A stretch of 63,856 bases of DNA, counting the filler, from Neolecta irregularis DAH-3 (taxonomy: Eukaryota), in the NCBI GenBank assembly GCA_001929475.1. It is 6 parts of 6 records of this genome, joined end to end, with 100 filler letters (N's around TTAATTAATTAA, not from the genome) between each part and the next. Parts side by side here need not be neighbours in the genome. Positions count along the whole stretch, not along the records: positions 54,145 to 59,902 come from LXFE01002470.1; positions 60,003 to 62,080 come from LXFE01002475.1; positions 62,181 to 63,856 come from LXFE01002479.1; 3 more parts are not named here. The stretch is one strand, 5' to 3'. How positions within the stretch are numbered: position 1 is the stretch's first letter; each line of letters begins with the position of its first letter. The notes under the pieces are model-generated. The model made no database searches. It saw only the letters and a list, made by a program, of their open reading frames with translations, and was not told where the DNA came from. This document shows positions 55,221 through 63,856 of this stretch, piece by piece. The translations under genes and the position numbers were made by a program.

Positions 55221-55754
55221 CTAAGCCTATCTGAGATACACCACACATCGCTCTCCAGCTTCTCTCTTTCGAGCGTTCTTCTTTCAGATAACCTGATTTA
55301 TAGTCCGGTCAACACATCCTGTCTGGCTGACTGCAGCTTTTCTGCCTGATGCAGATGCATCGATGCCATGAAAATGGGATATGCCGCAGAGACGGGGGTC
55401 CGAGATTATGGAAAATTTGAAAAAGTAACCCTAAGTCACTTCACAAGACCACCTGCAAGTTTTCTTCAATAGCTAGCGGAAAACTACATTTGAAGACTGT
55501 GGCACGAGTTAGTTCAGAGTGTCTGCAGCCCGCACAAGTTCACATGATGAGTCAGTCTATCTCTAACCTCAACCCGGCTAGATGAAGGCCGGTTTCGTTA
55601 TGTCAGGTCAATGCATGCACCCCTGAATGTGTACATCATCCAGATAGACACCCTTGCCGCCATGATCGTCACTCTTCGTCCATCTTCGCACTTAATAAGC
55701 TAATAATACGAGTCTGAACTCTATTCCCTTCAGTTCTCCCGTATAAGTCTCCAA

Positions 55755-57324
55755 ATGATTCGGAAAAAACTCCGGTTTCTAACTCCCACCAAGTTCTTCA
55801 CTAGATCGAATTCCCCGGGTACACATGACCTGCTTTCCCCTGAAGGAATGATTGACCAATAGGTCCCAGCGCGCTGGAAACCTTTCTTGATGACATTGTT
55901 CGGACGGATTCACTCCCTCCTAAAGAAACCATTGTTATCGATTTTGATATCCCTAAGCTTAAGCAAATCGCCGGGAAGGTAGCAGGAAATAAAACATGCC
56001 GAGGGTTACATAGAATTGACCAAGGGTCGAGTTATCTGATCTATCTGCTTGGTATGGATGATGGAACAGAGTTTATCGCTCGCATAGCGCATACGAATCT
56101 GCCGGAACGGAAATTGGCCAGCGAAGTAGCTACAATCGACTTTGTTCGAAGAAATACGGCAATTCCGGTTCCGAAAGTTCTGGCATACTGTACAGATCCA
56201 TCGATTATCGGCGCAGAATATATGATCATGGAGAAGGCTCCCGGTGACAACTTAGCAAAGAAGTGGGATCACTTAGATCTTCAGCAACGAAAAGATATTG
56301 TCGAACAGTTGGTCGAGTTCCAAGCCGAGTTGTTGCAGTTGCCTTTTGACCGGATTGGAAGTCTTTTTTATGGAAATAAATCCCTTTCATCAATGTCTAT
56401 CGAAATTGGACCAGCTGTTCAAAAGCCTTTCTGTGAAGGGGAGCGAGCCACAATGGATGATATCGATCGAGGTCCCTGTATGTTAATGGTGGTTTTAAAT
56501 TTTCCTCATTAGAGCTAGGGAGTCAAACGGCTGCCTATTTCACTGCTATTGGTCAGAAAGAGCTTGCCTGGATTAGTCAATTCGGAGATGCAAGATGTTC
56601 AGACTACAACCAAGACTGTGACGTTTATCTTGCAGTGCATCAACTGTTCACTTCAATGGCTCAATACATGATCCCATGCAATCCTGACTTACTCCGTCCA
56701 GTTCTTTCACATCCTGACCTTCGACTTCCTAACATTCAAATTTCTGGAGATAAAGTTGTCTGTATTCTTGACTGGGAAGCAAGTTGTATTCTTCCTTTTT
56801 TCCTGCATCCCGCCTACCCAGACTTTCTGATCGGCGAAGAAATCTGGAAACGCCCAGAAGATTATGATTTCATACAGGATCATCATTGGCTCGCCGAAAT
56901 TGATGAAGATATCACTCGAACTCACTTACGAAAACACTTTGAAGATCTCTGGTGGAAGCATCTATCCCTTTATGTAGAAACTATGCGAGATGAAGGGACA
57001 CTTGGAGCTTATCGAGATGCGATCTGCCAGGCTAGTTTATGCTGCGATTGCAGTTCCGATAACCTCTGGACATCCCTTTGTGTTGTCCAAAGGAAATGGG
57101 ACGACATTGGTTTCGTACCGCCTTGTCAGATGCCTTTACCGAAGGAAGAAATTCAAGAACCCACGAAGTATTTTGAAAGATATCAACAGATGGCTATCGA
57201 AGCCCGGGAGGAAAGGAAGCCGCCTAGGACGTCTGCTGCTGTGACTGCTACGGTAGAGGTTAATCTTTCAAGCTTCGACAGCAAAATACGGAGACGATCC
57301 ACGGACAAAGCAAAGGTAAGTTGA
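55755..57324 (+). CDS. APH phosphotransferase-family (Aim9-like) kinase
   Basis: SEVATIDFVR..IPVPKVL, GAEYMIMEKAPG, LSHPDLRLPNI, ILDWE; Arg/Lys-rich N-terminus MIRKKLRFL; 2 introns. Confidence 0.88.
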
Positions 57325-57733
57325 GTCTTGCCAATGTGGGGAACAATAATTTATTATGACTTTTTTCATAAGGCACTTCTGTCTCCGAATTGATTGTTTT
57401 TGGTACGAAGAGGTGACATATCAATCAAGATATGTTGCACCAAACGGTAGGATGTTCTATATACAATCTAGTCCATTATGTCAACCTCGCAATTGTCGGA
57501 ATTGTATGCAAGACACATCTTTCTGTAGTACCCTATCTCGTAATTCCAAATACCACAGTTTCCTTACATCTCTTGGAATGAACTACAAATTCACCAAAAA
57601 ACCGTATTGATGATCGAACCGAACACGTTTTGTCAATTATGAGAAAGCCTTCGGCTATTGAGACTTGCGAATCCAAGATCAGTATTCAAATACCCAGTAC
57701 CCTCTGTACTATACTTCATTCCTTGGTTCGATA

Positions 57734-59655
57734 ATGTCGGACAATGAACCGGCCACAAAAAGACGTAGAATATCTCAGACTTGCAAAAACTGCCGTGCCA
57801 GAAAACTAAGATGTGATCGACGTCGACCATGCAAAACATGTAAGGCGAGGTCTGACGATTGTATTTATGACAACTTGTGTAGTTCTTGAAAATACTTGTA
57901 CTAACTTTGCAGAGGCGTAGTCATAATTGACGAGGTAGAGTTAAAAGAACGACTTCGAAAGGCGGAAGCTGAATTAGCTCAACTGAGAACTGAAATTCCA
58001 GAGCTTTCTGAATATGGCCAAGCTGCGTTGGAAATCGAGAAGATTTCTGTGCATCCGTCTATTGGATATCTTAAACCAGCAGACGTAGGCGCCCTCAGAC
58101 CTGGTATTTGGGCTGATTGGATTCAGGTTGATTATCTCAAACACTCGGTTCCAACTCAAACCTTCATTCAGCATATACCTGAGCGAATTCAAAATCTTCT
58201 GCCTTCTAGAGCTCTCTCAGATCTGATATTGGCACGATTTTACCAGTTCGTTCCCGGAGCCCCACTTCTTCTTCACATTCCTTCCTTCAACAATGAGTAT
58301 GAAGCATTTTGGAGCCAATACCACGCAATTGAAGCTAAAGCAGTTCAGCCAAGTAAGCTAGACCCTCAACCAGATAGACCTTTTTGGATAACTTTACTAT
58401 TTGCTATCTATAGCACAGCAATAAGGACATATGTGCATCAAAACGACCCTGTTCTGGTTTCAATTCTGGAATTTTATAGAATGCCGCAGATGGAGGCTAG
58501 AATATCTTTACAAAATGGCATCAACGATGTGCTACAACGTGGTGAATACTTTGAAAGTTATGATTTGGATGTCATCACTGCTCACTGCATCAATCAACAC
58601 AACATAGATCTAATGTCTACTTGTAAATCCCTTCTTGGCTTGCTTTTAATTGATGAATAGCTTTTATTTGGATGCAAAGTGGCATGATGGTTCAAATGGC
58701 CCACGGGCTTAAGTATCCTGTTGTTTACTGCAGCTATTGAAATGAAGGCTTTTCCTGGAACCAGAAATGTTGGGATATTCTGTCCTTGAGACAGAAATTC
58801 GACGACGATTGGGACTCATGGTTCGTGTCTGGGATGTGTATAGTTTCCACAAACTTCTTCTTTAATGACAGAGCAATATGTTACTACGAAGGGTTACCTA
58901 CCAGAATCCGCGATGAAGATTGCACAGCACTCCCACCTTCCTTCAGCGAGTATTTTGATGACCGTGGAGAGCAGCAATCAATAAGTTGGATGATTCATCT
59001 TGGAAAAATCATTTTAATATACCCTCAAATGTGGCATTGGGCATATTCCGTCAAGGAACCCCTTGAGAACGACATTCTTCGAATTGATAATTTGTTTAAA
59101 ATCTGGGAAGATGAGCAAAAGCGACATCTAACTCTATCGTTCAACGACTCCGATCCGAGTATGCTTTTACGAGCCTTCATATCTGAGTTCATTTCATTTC
59201 GACTTTTGTTATTTTTGCACATTCCTTTCATGCAAAGCCAGTTTCCTTATTCTATGAAGCGCGGTATTGAAGGTGCGAAGAGAGGTATCGAATTGATTAT
59301 TGCACTTTTCTCTGCATCTTCTAAAATCGACCAATATCAATGGTATGGGCAGATTTGGCTTATGACAGGCTCAATTATTGCTGTTTTAGTTTATTCGATC
59401 TATCTGGTGAAAACTGAAGAGGTTGACCAGGAACATTGGAAATTGGTTGACAAAGGCTGTGAAGCTTTGATGAACTTGTCACAAGTTCGAAACCTGACAT
59501 GTGCAAGAAGACCCATGGCGATCATTCATGAATTAAGGGCCTCGAGGATGTTGTCGGAACACTTTATTGAAGATATTGATAGTTTTCAAAAGGTTGAACA
59601 ACACAACTGGCCCCTTCTTCAACACTACTTAAAGTCTTTCATCAAGCTTTCGTAG
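57734..59655 (+). CDS. Zn(II)2Cys6 transcription factor with fungal TF middle-homology domain
   Basis: CKNCRARKLRCDRRRPCKTC..DDC, LLPSR..LLHIPSF..Y..FW, TEIRRRL; 4 introns. Confidence 0.92.
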
Positions 59656-60002
59656 TGCTGGTTCGTGCCATCTTTTGTAGGTCGCGTATTGTCATATTGG
59701 ATCGTTTGAAATTCGTTTCTCAGAACTGGAAAGTTAATCTAAGCAGCCACAATCGACGGATTTCTACATCTCTTTTAACAACAGACCGTATTGCAAAACC
59801 TAAAGCGGTGATATTAATGCCGGCTGAATCATCTCAAAGATTATTAACCATACTAAAAATGACACGACTTGAACAAGCAATTTTTACATTAAAAACAAAA
59901 AANNNNNNNNNNNNNNNNNNNNNNNNNNNNNNNNNNNNNNNNNNNNTTAATTAATTAANNNNNNNNNNNNNNNNNNNNNNNNNNNNNNNNNNNNNNNNNN
60001 NN

Positions 60003-60543
60003 ATTCGATTCATTCCGTGACTTCGATTCATTCAATTCATTCCGTGATTTCGATTCATTCAATTCATTTCGTGATTTCGATTCATTCGATTCATTCCGTG
60101 ATTTCGATTCATTCGATTCATTCCGTGATTTCGATTCCTTCAATCTCAATTCATACCACGACTTTTTTTGTTCAGTCGACTCTGGACTCATCAACGGCGT
60201 CCGCTCATTCGCCCGTTCATTTTTCACATCTCCATTGACTTTTCCATTCTTCCACTCAGCCTTCCGAGGAAGCGAATTCATAGACATCCCGCCCTCAACC
60301 CCCAAATCCCTCGCCAACCTCTCGGCCTGTTCTCGTTTTACTAAAGACTGATCGATTTCAGATTGATTGATTGATTGATTGAGTGATTGATCGATCGATT
60401 GATTGATTGATTGATTGCTTGATTGATTGATTGATTGATTGATCGATTGATCGACTGATTGATTGATCGATTGATCGATTGATTCATTCATTCCTTCCCG
60501 AGTGTGATTGATCGATTGATCGATTGATTCATTCATTCCTTCC
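60003..60543. repeat. 27-bp minisatellite, duplicated segment (matches 61840-62080) and (GATT)n microsatellite
   Basis: GATTCATTCAATTCATTCCGTGATTTC units; GATT/GATC tract ~60349-60540. Confidence 0.9.
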
Positions 60544-60598
60544 NNNNNNNNNNACCGATGGGTGTATATCAGGGGCGGATGAGAGCAGACCACCACCG

Positions 60599-61424
60599 AT
60601 GGCGGACTGGGCCGAGCAGCAACACGCAGCAGCAGCCGGGGACGGGCGCAAGTGGACGGACGAGGACGAGGACGCGGGCGAGACAGAGGTGGCGGTACGT
60701 GCTGGGCAGAGCGAGCTGAGCGCAGGACGACTGGGAACTCGCAGCCAGCGAGGGCGAGGGCGAGGCGACGAGTACTGCAAAGAGCGCGGCAAAGAGTATG
60801 GACACGGCAAAGAGTACGAGTACGGCAAAGAGTACGAACACGGCAAAGAGCATGGGGACGAGTACGGGTACGGGTAAGAGTAAGAGTAAGAGAGCAGAGA
60901 GGGAGAGAGAGAGAGAGAGGGAGAGGGAGAGAGAGAAAGAGAGAGAAAGAGAGAACGAGAAAGAGAAAGAGACAAGCGACGGAGCATCGCCCCTGCAGCG
61001 CGAGATCGACAGCGACCTGTGCAACGCGGCAGACCTGCTCGGAGACACTGCGCCGAGCCAGCCTGCGCTCTCGCCTGCACTCTCGCCTGCACTCTCGCTC
61101 GCACACATCCCGCTACGCTCCACCGCCGACTACGACGCCCTCGCCGCGGCGCTGCACGCGCTGCTCGCCCCGCACGCACACAAACCGCTCTACGCCGCCT
61201 TCCTGCTCGCCCTGCTGCGCTCGCTCGCCGCCCCGCTGCCCAGCCACGACGCCCGCAAGTGCGCCGCCCTGCTCGCCCGCCAGGCCTCAGACGCCCTCGC
61301 CCGCGAAAAGGCTGCCCTGCGCGGCCCCAGGAAGCAGAAGCCCGCGCTCGGCGGCCTCGGCGAGGGCGCCCGCCCCTACACCGAAGTCCTCGACGACGAC
61401 GACGACTTTGACGGTTTCATGTAG
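60599..61424 (+). CDS. HCR1: Translation initiation factor eIF3 subunit j (Hcr1), GC-rich and repeat-expanded
   Basis: MADW...KWTDEDED/DDWE, EIDSDLCNAADLLG, LYAAFL, terminal DDDDFDGFM; 31-nt intron at 60695-60725 keeps the frame. Confidence 0.8.
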
Positions 61425-61589
61425 CTATCACCTACGTCCTTCTTGTCTTGTCTTCCTTTCTTGTCTCCTCCAATTTCCAGTTCTGTTCGTACATAGATAG
61501 ACTTTCCCATGCTGCCTGCCGACTGGGGTGCAGGCCTATATTCCTCACGTCTTCTATCCTGTGATTCCAGTTGTGTTTTTGATTCATTC

Positions 61590-61975
61590 AATTCCTGCGT
61601 ATTTGATTTATTCATGGTCTGTGATTTTGATACTGATTTATGTGGTGATTTTGATTCTGTATCTGGCGATTTTGATTCTGATTTATGTAGTGATTTTGAT
61701 TCTGTATCTGGCGATTTTGATTCTGATTTATATGGTGATATTGATTCTGATTTATGTGGTGATATTGATTCTGTATCTGGAGATTTTGATTCTGATTTAT
61801 GTGGTGATTTTGATTCTGTATCTGGCGATTTCGATTCATTCGATTCATTCCGTGACTTCGATTCATTCAATTCATTCCGTGATTTCGATTCATTCAATTC
61901 ATTCCGTGATTTCGATTCATTCAATTCATTCCGTGATTTCAATTCATTCAATTCATTCCGTGATTTCGATTCCTT
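61590..61975. repeat. Compound minisatellite (21/24-bp then 27-bp units), open on the minus strand as (SKSPDTE/SKSPHKSE)n and (SKSRNELNE)n
   Basis: GATTTTGATTCTGTATCTGGC / GATTTTGATTCTGATTTATGTGGT alternation followed by 27-bp units. Confidence 0.9.
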
Positions 61976-63856
61976 CAATCTCAATTCATACCACGACTTT
62001 TTTTGTTCAGTCGTCTCTGGACTCATCAACGGCGTCCGCTCATTCGCCCGTTCATTTTTCACATCTCCATTGACTTTTCCNNNNNNNNNNNNNNNNNNNN
62101 NNNNNNNNNNNNNNNNNNNNNNNNTTAATTAATTAANNNNNNNNNNNNNNNNNNNNNNNNNNNNNNNNNNNNNNNNNNNNTAGTTGCAGGCAGGTTAGGC
62201 AACTGCCCTGAACACTGCCTATTTAAGCCCATGGGCGCTAAGCCCAAGCCAGTGACAACATGGATTGGGATGATATCCTAAGAGCATCAGATCAATCACC
62301 AAGTACCTGGGATTCCTTACCAAAAAATATTGTCCCTCGTGGATTTTCAGCTGGCGGATGTAGTCAATTCTGAAATTGACGAGTTTATAGTACAATTGGA
62401 TTTCAGTGGCAATACAGTAGCATATTCCTACTGGGCGACATGAAAAAACACGGTAATTAAAGTAGAGCATATAAGGAGGAGAGATACATACTATTTACCA
62501 TGTCGGTTGAGATAATGTGTAAAAGATTTTCAGGACAAGGTCCCTGTGGCTCTTTATATTTAGGGTACGTTTGGTGTGCGCCAAATTTCTCTGCGTTCCC
62601 AATGTATCACAAGTCATGTCATATTTAATTTAACCCTTTCCGTTTGGTTTCGGATATGGTCAGCCAAAATACAGTGCACTTTCTCATAAAAGTGGCTGTC
62701 AGAGGATCATCTTTGAGGTTGAAGGATTATCTCAGTTCATGAAATCGGTAGGATATTGGAGCTTCTGTTTAATTACAGAAATTTTATCAATTCCAGATTT
62801 CTTTAGTTGTGACGATTTTAAATATTATAATGATCATTTTCTGCAGACTTGATATTGATGAAAAGTCAAAACCATATTTCTGGTATCTACCAAGTGTTGA
62901 TATTCCACAATTATTTTAACAGAGCAATGTCTTCAACAATAAATCCCCAATTAATTGCTGCACGTCTTCGGACCCTCCACTTCCTCTCGCATTGTTCCCG
63001 ACTGTCTCCAGAAGGAGAACTGAGCCTTTGGAACGGGTAGTATCACAAGACATTGCCTTATTAAGTGCCATAGTCAAACTCTGAAATTTGATGCTGTGGA
63101 GGCAGTCGACTCAATGGAAAGCAAGATTGCAATCAAAGGGCTCAGTACTTCGTGGGGCAAAGCCAATGTAGTTCTAAGAGGCGGAGATCTTGTGTATCTC
63201 GCAGTCGAGATTTAACACGGAAATTATAGGAAAGCATGTGTCAGGGCAGGCTTGCAAATCAATCAACTGTTTCAATATATTGATTGAATTGATTGACAAG
63301 TATCAATTCAATTCAATCAATCTGTAGTCTCCAAATTTTTCAATCAATTCGATTGATACCCCTGTCAATATTGATTATATTGATAATACTGATATATCAC
63401 ATGACAATAGCCTTCAGATCAAATGTTTCTGAAATAGGAGGTCAGGACTTGGATGTAGCCCTTCACTACTCACTTGCTGTCCTCTGACTCGCGGCCTACG
63501 GGCTGGCTTTCGTGCAGTTGCTTACTCGGTCATCATCTACAATTGACCTCCACTACCACTACTACTCCCCCCCACATCAATCACTCGGAACTCCTCGGTT
63601 CCAGAATCCTGCAGGGCATCTTTGACTTTGAAACACTTGTCTTCACTTCCGTCGGCAACATGTACTTGTCCACCAGCGCAGTCTCTGTATCGCCATAGCA
63701 TCGCTTGCTCTCATTGGCACGACCTTGTTCACCCCGATCGTTGTCGGCAGAATGACACATTCCATGGGCATGAGCTGGTCTTTTTGTCTTGTCGTCATGT
63801 TTTCCCACCTGCAGTTAGCAATGCGAACAGTTACCCGCCCCAGTGCACTTTTGCCC

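Noticed and set aside
59955-61500. Long overlapping ORFs (383, 216, 184, 282 aa)
   Set aside because: Shadow frames of GC-rich, low-complexity DNA; only the eIF3j frame has family motifs
61830-61975. 27-bp repeats considered as a CRISPR array or pheromone-precursor repeats
   Set aside because: No unique spacers, eukaryotic context, and no KR/Kex2 sites between units
62181-63856. Exon-like fragments with splice signals
   Set aside because: Interrupted by stops and not assignable to a family; possibly degraded genes

Overview
Gene-dense, intron-rich fungal nuclear DNA. It is most likely an early-diverging ascomycete (Taphrinomycotina, plausibly Neolecta-like); this is inferred from gene content, compactness and intron style. 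The window is a scaffold with five 100-nt gaps, each carrying an artificial TTAATTAATTAA spacer. About 35 protein-coding genes could be rebuilt across very short (~31-45 nt) introns: TVP23, GRX4, RPF2, MTD1, MMS19, EMC3, SPC2, a complex I 17.8-kDa-like subunit, a zf-GRF protein, ELMO, PXMP4, a DUF4243-like protein, ATP4, a CFEM-GPI protein, CAR1, YEA4, IPA1/UBE3D (partial), EGD2, a SET methyltransferase, TIF11, YIF1, carnosine N-methyltransferase, several F-box proteins, SRP101, a SAP protein, ADE4, CHS5, STE2, a DAHP synthase, an APH kinase-like protein, a Zn2Cys6 factor and eIF3j. There is also an intron-containing tRNA-Arg(CCT), a Lon protease pseudogene, an RSE1 fragment, and pogo/CENP-B, hAT and solo-LTR-like relics. 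Four signals stand out. (1) The splicing code appears relaxed: six weak GC donors in intact housekeeping genes, a GG donor in ADE4 and five GAG acceptors, all in ultra-short introns. (2) A hAT element with a perfect 8-bp TSD has inserted into the last codons of YIF1 and supplies a new C-terminus. (3) Divergent gene pairs have only 52-136 bp between start codons. (4) A GC-rich eIF3j gene sits among satellites. All gene models were built by eye, so exon boundaries need RNA-seq confirmation.
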